NCBI GenBank assembly: GCA_964577555.1
Contig: CAZNZM010000002.1
Location: forward strand, 3,012-35,011
Direction: 5' to 3'
Length of the DNA stretch: 32,000 nucleotides
Source of the DNA: an uncultured archaeon
GTDB taxonomy: Archaea > Iainarchaeota > Iainarchaeia > Iainarchaeales > Iainarchaeaceae
The notes beneath the pieces are model-generated. The model was not told where the DNA came from. It worked only from the letters and a program-made list of their open reading frames with translations, and made no database searches. Both the position numbers and the translations under genes were made by a program. Below, one piece after another: positions 7,613 to 15,431 of the stretch. Each line of letters opens with the position of its first letter. Position 1 is the stretch's first letter.

Positions 7613-7620
7613 TTATATAT
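7613..7620 (+). promoter_or_regulatory. Candidate distal TATA box TTATATAT upstream of the S-layer gene
   Basis: It is the same octamer as the candidate pyrH TATA (16913-16920). It would place a TSS near 7643 and give a ~210-nt structured leader. Confidence 0.25.
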
Positions 7621-7639
7621 TTTTTGAGTGTTTTTCAAT

Positions 7640-7737
7640 GGGTTTCCAACCTTATTTTCGTCGCTTGCCAAATACCTTTTCTTTAATAGCCATAAAAAAA
7701 AGGGTTTTTTTGGCGGTTTTTTATGGTTTGGAAATCC
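7640..7737 (+). other. Nested inverted repeat upstream of the S-layer gene
   Basis: GGGTTTCCAACC (7640-7651) pairs with GGTTTGGAAATCC (7725-7737): a 7-bp perfect core TTTCCAA/TTGGAAA plus terminal GG/CC. Inside it, A8-GGG-T7 (7694-7711) can form an A:U hairpin. Confidence 0.6.
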
Positions 7738-7751
7738 TAAAACGAAATGTA

Positions 7752-7759
7752 TTTAAATA
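7752..7759 (+). promoter_or_regulatory. Candidate proximal TATA box TTTAAATA for the S-layer gene
   Basis: Consensus-like archaeal TATA about 93 nt upstream of the ATG at 7852. It implies a ~70-nt leader carrying the SD. Confidence 0.35.
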
Positions 7760-7837
7760 AAGTGAGTCAAGATTATGAAAGTTTTCTTAGCCATAAGTGA
7801 CATGGTTAAGAATATGTATTTTCATTGGATAAAACGT

Positions 7838-7844
7838 GAGGTGA
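7838..7844 (+). promoter_or_regulatory. Shine-Dalgarno-like site GAGGTGA for the S-layer gene
   Basis: A perfect 7-nt purine-rich SD lies 7 nt upstream of the ATG at 7852. It is the strongest SD seen in the window. Confidence 0.6.
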
Positions 7845-7851
7845 AACGAAA

Positions 7852-10800
7852 ATGAAAGGATTCAACGTAAAGAAATTGGCTGCAATTGCAACCGGCGCAG
7901 CTTTGCTCGGTACTGCAGTGGCTCCAATTGTCTCAGCAATAACTGTTACTAAAGGAGACATCTATAATTCTGATGGTACTCCAAAAGTCAACATTGTTGT
8001 TGGATCTCAGGCCGCGGCTTCAGACGGTGTCTGGGCTGGAAATTTGGCGGCAAAGATAGCTGAAAAAGCTACTACAACAAAGCAAGTTAAGGTCTCGCTT
8101 GGTAGCGGTGCGGAAGGCAGCGAACCAACAGCTAATTTGGATCTTTCAGATCTTGTTGTTGACGTTACTATAGGCGGAAAAGTGACAATTAGCGGTCAAA
8201 GCAAGAGGTATTCAGAGTATATGAGCTCTGTTTCTAACTCTAAAGAAGTAAATTCAGCTCTTGACAATACAAACGATTCAAACGCTTTGACAGATTCGAC
8301 TTTGCCGTTCTTGTTCAACAACAGCTCTATGAGGGCTAAAGTTGACAATAATTCTTCAACCATTACGGTTCAAGAAAAAGTCGGGGTAAATGTTGACGCA
8401 AAGTTTTCAACAGACCAAGACTTGAAGGATTTGGTTGCCACAATAGGCACAAATGATATGACTTATCAAGTCAATTTTGGTGGCACCACCGGAGTGAATT
8501 TGGGAACAACCAACTTTACTGATGGGTCAGACGACGATGTTGAGGTGGCTTTCTTTGGAGAGAAATATAAGTTGAACGAAGCCGTCTTGACAGGACAAAA
8601 AAAGGTAAAATTAGTTAAATCCAGCGCAAAAACATCATTCAATGAAGGCGAGGTTATTGAAGGCCTTGTTGGTGATGGAATGTATGCTGGAAAAGATGTT
8701 AAAGTGAAAGTTGTTCAAGTCGTGTCAACAGGTCCATCGGCAAGTTCTTATCAAGCAACTTTCCAATTATTGGATAGCGAGGGCAATATAATTGATGTCC
8801 AAACAGTAGGCTCTGGAAACAATTTGAGGGATTACTTCAAGGACAGCAAAGACGATTATGCTCTCTCAAGCAATGTGTATATTGATACAATTGCAACAGG
8901 TGCAACATCAGGCGCTGGCTATGTTGAAGTAACCAAAGGCTCTGATACGCTTGAACTTTGGGATACTAAAATCTACCCATACAAGAGCGACTATACAGGG
9001 ACAAAACCTTATTCGGTTTCAATAGGCACTAATGATAACTATTTGAAGTCAATCAAAATTGTGAACACTGCTGAGAAGTGGGAAGAAACCAAAACAGGTT
9101 ATGACCTTGGTGCTCTTTACCCTACCAACTCTGGCCAGTCCTTGACCGGCAAAACAGGAACAACAGCAGTATTTGGGCAATCTTGGCCTGATGGAACCCT
9201 TGGAAAAGGTTACTTCAAGGTTGAGTTCCTCGGATTCCAAGGAAGCGAGGAAAGAACAACCACTATGATTGGCAAGTCAACTGAAAATCTGCCATCAGGT
9301 TCAACTGGTGGAATAACATTGTATGCCGACGACGACACCAAAATGGAAATTCCGTTCTACATCCAAGTTGATGATTCAAACGGCTCGTTTGAATTCATGC
9401 AAAAACCATATTCAGTGTTTTATGACTTTGGTTCAGGCGGAAAAACAGGGACTTACGACGTGAACGTTGTTGTCACATCAGGCGACTACGTGAACGGCAG
9501 ACAGTGGACGGTTTCAGCTGATACTATTGGCTCTGCTGACGTTAACATAACTGTTGGTTCTACCACCCACAGTAATAAACAAACAGGCTTTATTTTCCAA
9601 GTCGAAGATGTAAATTATATGATAGTAGATGCTAACACAGCGACTAACAAGACAACAATCGCTGTTGACACCGCTGTTGAGTTGTTCTATGGTAATGTGT
9701 CTGATGACGCGAGTTCAAAGAATGCGGCTACTGCTGTATTCAACACAACCAGTGGAACATATCAAACAAAAGGGGCTTATGGTAGAATCCTTTTGTCAAA
9801 CAATGCAGCGTTTGACATAAATGGAACTACTGTTGGTCTTTACGGCACCGACAACCAAAGAAAGATTTATTACGTGCCAAAGTATAACGGCAACGACTTT
9901 TACTTGTTGCTTGAGGCACAGCAATTAAACAAAGACAAGTCAGGGCTACAAAATGGCCATAACTTGTACTTCTTGGGTACAAGCTTGCCGGTAGATACTT
10001 CATATACTGAAGTAAAAGGCGTATCCGCCAACTATTATTTAGGTAACATTGGTGGTGACACAACTTTAGGCTCTACTGCAAGGCAATACGGCTATTATGT
10101 GCCTAAAACAACTGACTTCAATTCAGCAGCTGCATACTCTGCAAGCGACGCATACTTCGTTGCAGAATTCAGATACATTAGCGCTATAACAAGCGATTCA
10201 AACACAGACATATACATCGATACTTCGAAGGGAGCACCTCTCGGTACATTCCCGATACAGAACTTGACAGGATACTCTAGCGCAGTAAGTTATAATTCTG
10301 ACGCTATTGTATTAAAGCCTGGTTCCGATGCGGCTTACTTCCAATCGATGTATACGGATTCAGGCTCTAAATTTTCAGTGACCAACGACGACGTCACTTT
10401 GAGTTCGCCTCAAAGAGCGGAAAAAGTTGAAGTTGTTGTCTACGGCACTGAATTGCAGAGAACTGTTGAAGGCGAAAAAGTCAGTTTGAAAGAAGGTGAA
10501 ACAAAAGAATTGCCTTCAGGCACAAAGGTGACTTTCAGCGGAGTCAAGGGAGGAGCTTGTAAAGTAAGCGCAGGCGAACCTGGACAACCAGGTATTTGTA
10601 AAGCGGAACCATCTTCTTACGTTGTTCCGGCTCCAATTAGAGGAAACCTCGTATTCCTTGACACGGAAAGCCCGGCAGGAACCAACATAATTGTTGGTGG
10701 TTGGGCAGTCAACAAAATGGCTGAAAAAACCAAGTCAAAGCTCGTAGCAGCAGGCGACATGGTTGCCGAAGTTGACGCAGCAAGCGGCGACATATACGTT

Positions 10801-10872
10801 GCAGGCTATACTGCTGAAGACACCGGAAGGGCAGTAAAAGAACTCATAGACGCAATAGATGCATTGCAATGA
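7852..10872 (+). CDS. S-layer (surface layer) protein precursor
   Basis: 1006 aa. Signal peptide MKGFNVKKLAAIATGAALLGTAVAPIVSA. The mature protein is T/S/N/G/D/V-rich, acidic and nearly Cys-free. The C-terminal block NIIVGGWAVNKMAEKT...IYVAGYTAEDTGRAVKELIDAI resembles the conserved end of methanogen-type S-layer proteins. Strong SD and a double-hairpin terminator flank it. Confidence 0.75.
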   Translation: MKGFNVKKLAAIATGAALLGTAVAPIVSAITVTKGDIYNSDGTPKVNIVVGSQAAASDGVWAGNLAAKIAEKATTTKQVKVSLGSGAEGSEPTANLDLSDLVVDVTIGGKVTISGQSKRYSEYMSSVSNSKEVNSALDNTNDSNALTDSTLPFLFNNSSMRAKVDNNSSTITVQEKVGVNVDAKFSTDQDLKDLVATIGTNDMTYQVNFGGTTGVNLGTTNFTDGSDDDVEVAFFGEKYKLNEAVLTGQKKVKLVKSSAKTSFNEGEVIEGLVGDGMYAGKDVKVKVVQVVSTGPSASSYQATFQLLDSEGNIIDVQTVGSGNNLRDYFKDSKDDYALSSNVYIDTIATGATSGAGYVEVTKGSDTLELWDTKIYPYKSDYTGTKPYSVSIGTNDNYLKSIKIVNTAEKWEETKTGYDLGALYPTNSGQSLTGKTGTTAVFGQSWPDGTLGKGYFKVEFLGFQGSEERTTTMIGKSTENLPSGSTGGITLYADDDTKMEIPFYIQVDDSNGSFEFMQKPYSVFYDFGSGGKTGTYDVNVVVTSGDYVNGRQWTVSADTIGSADVNITVGSTTHSNKQTGFIFQVEDVNYMIVDANTATNKTTIAVDTAVELFYGNVSDDASSKNAATAVFNTTSGTYQTKGAYGRILLSNNAAFDINGTTVGLYGTDNQRKIYYVPKYNGNDFYLLLEAQQLNKDKSGLQNGHNLYFLGTSLPVDTSYTEVKGVSANYYLGNIGGDTTLGSTARQYGYYVPKTTDFNSAAAYSASDAYFVAEFRYISAITSDSNTDIYIDTSKGAPLGTFPIQNLTGYSSAVSYNSDAIVLKPGSDAAYFQSMYTDSGSKFSVTNDDVTLSSPQRAEKVEVVVYGTELQRTVEGEKVSLKEGETKELPSGTKVTFSGVKGGACKVSAGEPGQPGICKAEPSSYVVPAPIRGNLVFLDTESPAGTNIIVGGWAVNKMAEKTKSKLVAAGDMVAEVDAASGDIYVAGYTAEDTGRAVKELIDAIDALQ

Positions 10873-10945
10873 AGCTGTTTTGCTTCATTGTAACTTATTT
10901 TTTTGGTTGCTCCTGAAAAGGAGCAATCAACTCTTTGTTTTTTTG
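10867..10945 (+). terminator. Double hairpin plus T-tracts downstream of the S-layer gene
   Basis: Hairpin 1: CAATGAAGC (10867-10875) / GCTTCATTG (10882-10890), a 9-bp perfect stem with a 6-nt loop that includes the stop codon. Hairpin 2: TTGCTCC (10907-10913) / GGAGCAA (10920-10926). T7 runs follow each hairpin. Confidence 0.6.
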
Positions 10946-10959
10946 TGTTGGATTAAACC

Positions 10960-11545
10960 CTTGTTTTTCTTAATTTTTTGCAATTTTTTTTGAAATTTGT
11001 TTTATTTTTTTTGCTAGCCGTTTTTTTGTTTATTGTTTTTTTATTTTGAAAACTTGTTTTTTTTTGCAAGCTTTTTTTATCGTTTTTTTGGCATTTTTTT
11101 GTTTTTTTTTGAAGCCGATTTTTTTGTATTTTATTTTTTGTTTGGTTTTGTTTTTGTGTGCCTAATTTTTTTTAGCCATTTATTTTTTTGTCTTTTTGCG
11201 AGTCGTTTTTTTGGTCTATTTATTTTTTTATTTTTTTTACCAGGCATTTTTTTTGAAATTTGTTTTATTTTTTTTGTTTATTATTTTTTTGTTTTTTTAG
11301 TCAGTTTTTTTTGGCGTTTTTCTTTGTTTTTTTTTGCGAGCCGTTTTTTTTATTTTGCTTTTTTGTTGTTTGTTTTTTTTGGTGAGCCATTTTTTTGTCT
11401 TGTTTTTGCGAGCCAATTTTTTTTAGGCGTTTTTTTTGTTTTTTTAGCACAGTTTTTTTAGTTTTGATTTTTGTTTTTAGCCATTTTTTTGGGTTTTTAA
11501 GCATTTTTTTTAAGGTGTTTTTTTTTGCGGGTTTTCTTTTTTTAA
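10960..11545 (+). repeat. T-tract/GYRAGCY intergenic array (degenerate, ~15 cores)
   Basis: Cores: GCTAGCCG 11013, GCAAGCT 11066, GAAGCCGA 11111, TAGCCA 11173, GCGAGTCG 11198, GCGAGCCG 11336, GGTGAGCCA 11381, GCGAGCCAA 11408, TAGCCA 11478. Each is flanked by T6-T9 runs. There is also an internal 31-nt perfect repeat (10983-11013 = 11246-11276). Confidence 0.85.
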
Positions 11546-11568
11546 GAGTTTTGGGGTGTTATTGTTTG

Positions 11569-12186
11569 ATGGATTCAAAAGAAATTTACTTTTATCTTAC
11601 CTTAGTTGTTGTAATTCTTATTGTGGTTTTTGGTGTTTATGTAGTGCTTAATATTGATTTTTCAGAGTATAAGCATGTTGTTGTCAAGCAGAATGTTGAG
11701 TTTGTATCTAACAGTGCAGAGCCTTCTTTAATAATTGATTCAATAAGGTCTGCTGATACTTTGGTATTTTCTCCTGCTTTTGTTGAAAGCGGGGAGGAAA
11801 ATTCTTATATGGTTGAGTCTCTTACAATGTTTTCAACTGTTTTTTCCGCTAAAGGTAAGAATTTGATAGTTTTGGCAAGGGTTTTTGATTCTTCTGGCAA
11901 TATGGTGTCTTGTAATTCCAATTTTGGGGATTTGAAGAGGAACGAAGAGGTTTCTTTGGAGGATTGCAAAAAAATGTTGTCTGATAAGGATTCTGCAATT
12001 GTGCTTGTTCAATTGCCTTCTAATTCGCGAAAAGCAAGGGTTGTTTTGGAGGGCAAATCCGCTGAAATAATTTCTCCTGATATAAAGGCTGTTCCTTATG
12101 TTTCTTTTGCTTTGTTGGAAGCCATTTATCCTGACTCTGCTAATATAATAAAAAATGTCAATTTGGCTTTGGCTGGAATGAAGTGA
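11569..12186 (+). CDS. Hypothetical membrane-anchored protein
   Basis: ORF 11395..12186 trimmed to the ATG at 11569 (MDSKEIYFYLTLVVVILIVVFGVYVVL gives one N-terminal TM helix). The upstream 58 codons are poly-Phe read from the T-rich array. No recognisable domain. Confidence 0.6.
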   Translation: MDSKEIYFYLTLVVVILIVVFGVYVVLNIDFSEYKHVVVKQNVEFVSNSAEPSLIIDSIRSADTLVFSPAFVESGEENSYMVESLTMFSTVFSAKGKNLIVLARVFDSSGNMVSCNSNFGDLKRNEEVSLEDCKKMLSDKDSAIVLVQLPSNSRKARVVLEGKSAEIISPDIKAVPYVSFALLEAIYPDSANIIKNVNLALAGMK

Positions 12187-12197
12187 GGCATTAAAAC

Positions 12198-13484
12198 ATG
12201 GTTGTTAGGCTTCGCACTATTTTAGTTTTTTTCATGATTTTTGCAATTGTTTATTTTATAGTAAAGCTTGTTTCTTTTTATTGGCTGGTTGTTTTTTTTA
12301 ATATAATTCTTATTTTCATAAATAGTATTTTTTTGTTTGCGTATTTTGAAATCAAGAAGCCTAAAAAGTTTTTTTTTGATGAATGGCCTTCTGTTTCTGT
12401 AGTTATTCCTAATTATAATGGCGCAAAAACTGTTAAAGCATGTATTGAGGCTGTTAAAAAGCTTGATTATCCTTTGAAAAAGGAAATAATTGTGGTTGAT
12501 GATGGTTCAAAGGATGATTCGCTTGGCATTATTTCAAAAATTAAGGGTATTAAAATAATTTCTTTTAAAAAGAATCGTGGAAAGTCGGCTGCGCTTAATG
12601 CGGGGATTAAAATTGCAAAAGGCGAGCTTGTTGTTACAATAGATTCTGATACTTATCCTTCTTCTGATTGTTTGATGAAAATGGTGCCTTATTTTGGCGA
12701 GGGTGTTGGGGCGGTTACTGGTTTTGTCAAGGCTCATAATGCGAGGAATTTTATTCAAAAAATCCAGGAGATAGAGTATTTGATTTCTTTTGGTTTTTTT
12801 CAGAGCGTGCTTTCTGACATAAACGCTATTTTTGTTACTCCTGGGCCAATGAGCATTTATCGAAAAGATGTTTTGAGAAAAATAGGTGGCTTTGATGAAA
12901 ATAATATTACTGAGGACATGGAGATAGCTTTTCGTTTGAGAAAGTATGGTTATAAAATCGTGGCTTGTACAGAAGCCTTTATTTTTACTGAAGTGCCTTG
13001 CACTATAAAGCAATTGTTTAAACAACGTGTGAGGTGGTATAGGGGGAAGTTTGCCAATACTTTGATTTACAAGAACATGCTTTTTAACCCTAAATATGGC
13101 GAATTTGGGCTTTTTACTTTTCCGTTTTCGGTGATAGTTGAGTGGTGTATTGTGTTGTTTATTTTTGTTTTTGTTGCTGGCAATATTGATGGTTTTGTCA
13201 ATTATTTGTCTTATGTTTTTTCTTATTTGCAATTGTCCAATGTTAATGCTTTTGCTTTGTTGCCTGTTTTTACTGGTTTTAATCCTAACTTGTTTTTTTA
13301 TATTATAGGCGGAGTTTTTTATTCTGTTTTTATATATTTGAGTCATTTGCTTGCAGGCGACAATTTAAGGCTTTCCAAGTTGCCTGAAATAACACTGTTT
13401 TTATTGGTTTATGGATTATTTATCCTTGTAGTCTTTTTTGTAGGTTTTTATAAGGAGATAAATAGTAGTGAAAAGATATGGTGA
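12198..13484 (+). CDS. Family 2 glycosyltransferase, processive synthase type (NodC/IcaA/chitin-cellulose-synthase-like)
   Basis: 428 aa. Motifs: VSVVIPNYNG...IIVVDDGSKDDS, TIDSDT (DxD), QRVRWYRG (Q-x-x-RW). TM helices flank the catalytic domain. Confidence 0.85.
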   Translation: MVVRLRTILVFFMIFAIVYFIVKLVSFYWLVVFFNIILIFINSIFLFAYFEIKKPKKFFFDEWPSVSVVIPNYNGAKTVKACIEAVKKLDYPLKKEIIVVDDGSKDDSLGIISKIKGIKIISFKKNRGKSAALNAGIKIAKGELVVTIDSDTYPSSDCLMKMVPYFGEGVGAVTGFVKAHNARNFIQKIQEIEYLISFGFFQSVLSDINAIFVTPGPMSIYRKDVLRKIGGFDENNITEDMEIAFRLRKYGYKIVACTEAFIFTEVPCTIKQLFKQRVRWYRGKFANTLIYKNMLFNPKYGEFGLFTFPFSVIVEWCIVLFIFVFVAGNIDGFVNYLSYVFSYLQLSNVNAFALLPVFTGFNPNLFFYIIGGVFYSVFIYLSHLLAGDNLRLSKLPEITLFLLVYGLFILVVFFVGFYKEINSSEKIW

Positions 13485-14128
13485 ACAAGTATTTTTTGGC
13501 TATTTTGCTTACTTCCATATTGGTTTTGCTTGGTTTTTCTTTTACTCGTTGGGTTGACGAACAGCGTTTAATGGAGTTCAAAAATTCTTTTGACGAAGCT
13601 TATTTGGATTATCAAAGCGTTGAACAATTGTTGCTTTATGAATCGCTTTTTTCTGATCGGGAACATGTTTGTCCGGTTATTCGTGCAAGCATAGATTATC
13701 AAATTGGAAAGTTAAGGAAGTTGCTTTTTGAGCTTGAGGTTGCTCAAAAACAAAATGTTTTTTCAAATTTTGAGGTTCTTAAAAGAAAGTATCATTTTAA
13801 CAATTTGCAATTGTATTTGCTTATTCAAAAGGCAACTGATTCTTGCGGTTATTCTGATTTGGAGCCTGTGCTTTTCTTTTATTCTGATAAAGAAAATTGT
13901 CCCGAGTGTGTTGTTCAAGGAAAGGTTTTGGATTCGCTTACTTCTAATTGTTCAAACTTAAGGGTTTTTGCTATTCCTTATGATTTTAATATTCCGCTTA
14001 TTAGTGTTTTAAAAGAGAGAAATAGTGTTGTAAGGGTTCCAACTGTTATTGCTAATGATAAAAATTATGTTGGCTTGGTTTCCGGCAACAGGCTTTTGGA
14101 AGACGGACTTTATTGTCAGACGAATTAA
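13478..14128 (+). CDS. Membrane-anchored thioredoxin-fold-like CxxC protein (hypothetical)
   Basis: 216 aa. The ATG overlaps the GT2 stop. N-terminal TM helix. The C-terminal half reads VLFFYSDKENCPECVV...VFAIP...RVPTVI, which is a beta-CxxC-alpha layout with a cis-Pro-like VPT. Confidence 0.45.
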   Translation: MVNKYFLAILLTSILVLLGFSFTRWVDEQRLMEFKNSFDEAYLDYQSVEQLLLYESLFSDREHVCPVIRASIDYQIGKLRKLLFELEVAQKQNVFSNFEVLKRKYHFNNLQLYLLIQKATDSCGYSDLEPVLFFYSDKENCPECVVQGKVLDSLTSNCSNLRVFAIPYDFNIPLISVLKERNSVVRVPTVIANDKNYVGLVSGNRLLEDGLYCQTN

Positions 14129-14137
14129 CTTGTTTTT

Positions 14138-15412
14138 TTATTGTTTGTTTTTATTTATTGTATTTTTATCGTTTTTCATTAGTTCTCTTAGTATTGTGGT
14201 TGCGTAACCGCCTTTTTCCAGTTTGAATGAAATTTTCATTTTGAGTTTTTCTTGGTTTAGTTCGTCTTTTGTTATTTCAATTATTTTTGTTTGTTGTGGG
14301 TATATAAGCATTTTTTTTCTTGCTCCGCTGCAGCTTACTTGCATGAAGCTTTTTACTTTGAAGTCTTCTAATTTTATTTGTTCTTTTTCCAATATTTTTT
14401 TTTCAATTTCTCCGGCTTTGCCTTCTGCTAATTTTAGGTCGAATCCGAATAATGGTCCTGCCGCGTATTTTTCTTCTATAATAATGTCTCCTTCTATTGG
14501 TTCCAAACCCAATCCGGATTCTATTCTTTCGTTTATCACCATGTTGAATAAGTAGCTTTGGTACGCGTGTGTGAAAAGATAGATTAGGTGTTTTGGCATT
14601 TTTTGAAAAGCTCCAACAAAGTCATGAGGGTAGTTTGCAAGGTGATGCATTATGGTTCTTTCGTATCTGAATTTTTTTGGAAATTCGCGTAGTCCTTTTT
14701 TAAAGTCTTTGGTTTGTGCCAAGTTTTTTCTTGCTTCAAGTATTTCTTTTTCTTCTTCCGAACCATGGGTTAGGTATGTCATTATCGCTTTTTCAAAATT
14801 TCCTTTGATTAATTCTTTTCCAACCAAGTGTGTTACTTTTCTTATTCCGCCAAATCTTTGTTCTCCGAAGTAATTTGCCACTCCTTTTGTTTCCATTTCT
14901 GAAAAGCATTTTTTTGTTGTCTCTCTTAATTCTTTTTCGTTCATTTCTATGTTTCTTATTGTAATTTCAAATTCGTTTCCTTGCAAGTCGCCTATTTGTA
15001 TTGGCTTGTCTTTCCATTCAGGTTCTGTTAATGCAATGTATCTTGCTTTGAAATTTTTGAGCTTGTTTATATCAGGTTTCCAAATTGAAATTTTTTGGGA
15101 TGTTATTGCTCGCCTGTCTTTTAAGCCAGCGTATCCTGTTCTTTTTGGCGAAATTCTGAGTATTCTGCCGATTCTTCTTATTGCTTCTGTTGTGTCCAAA
15201 TTGAATTTTTCCATTGTGAGATGAAGGTATTCTTTTTCGTTTTCAGGTATTTCAATTGGTTCTTGTGTTATTTCGTTGTTTTTTCCGAAGGCTTTTGTTT
15301 CAAGTTTTTTTCCTTCAAGCGTTATTTCTCTTACAATGAAATCGGAGATTCTTTTTTTTATTAAACCGCCTATCCCGTTTGTTGAAGTAGTGTAGTGTTT
15401 TATTTCAACCAT
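14138..15412 (-). CDS. truD: tRNA pseudouridine synthase TruD/Pus7 family
   Basis: 424 aa. GYAGLKDRRAITSQ (catalytic Asp motif) and NYFGEQRFG. Confidence 0.85.
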   Translation of the reverse strand: MVEIKHYTTSTNGIGGLIKKRISDFIVREITLEGKKLETKAFGKNNEITQEPIEIPENEKEYLHLTMEKFNLDTTEAIRRIGRILRISPKRTGYAGLKDRRAITSQKISIWKPDINKLKNFKARYIALTEPEWKDKPIQIGDLQGNEFEITIRNIEMNEKELRETTKKCFSEMETKGVANYFGEQRFGGIRKVTHLVGKELIKGNFEKAIMTYLTHGSEEEKEILEARKNLAQTKDFKKGLREFPKKFRYERTIMHHLANYPHDFVGAFQKMPKHLIYLFTHAYQSYLFNMVINERIESGLGLEPIEGDIIIEEKYAAGPLFGFDLKLAEGKAGEIEKKILEKEQIKLEDFKVKSFMQVSCSGARKKMLIYPQQTKIIEITKDELNQEKLKMKISFKLEKGGYATTILRELMKNDKNTINKNKQ

Positions 15413-15431
15413 AAAAAATCATTTTTAATTT

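Noticed and set aside
10873-11568. Explaining all T-rich arrays simply as archaeal oligo-T intrinsic terminators.
   Set aside because: This is plausible for the arrays behind the PAC2-like and S-layer genes. Six of the eight arrays, however, lie upstream of plus-strand genes or between minus-strand genes, where plus-strand T-tracts cannot terminate the adjacent gene. It is retained only as a partial explanation.
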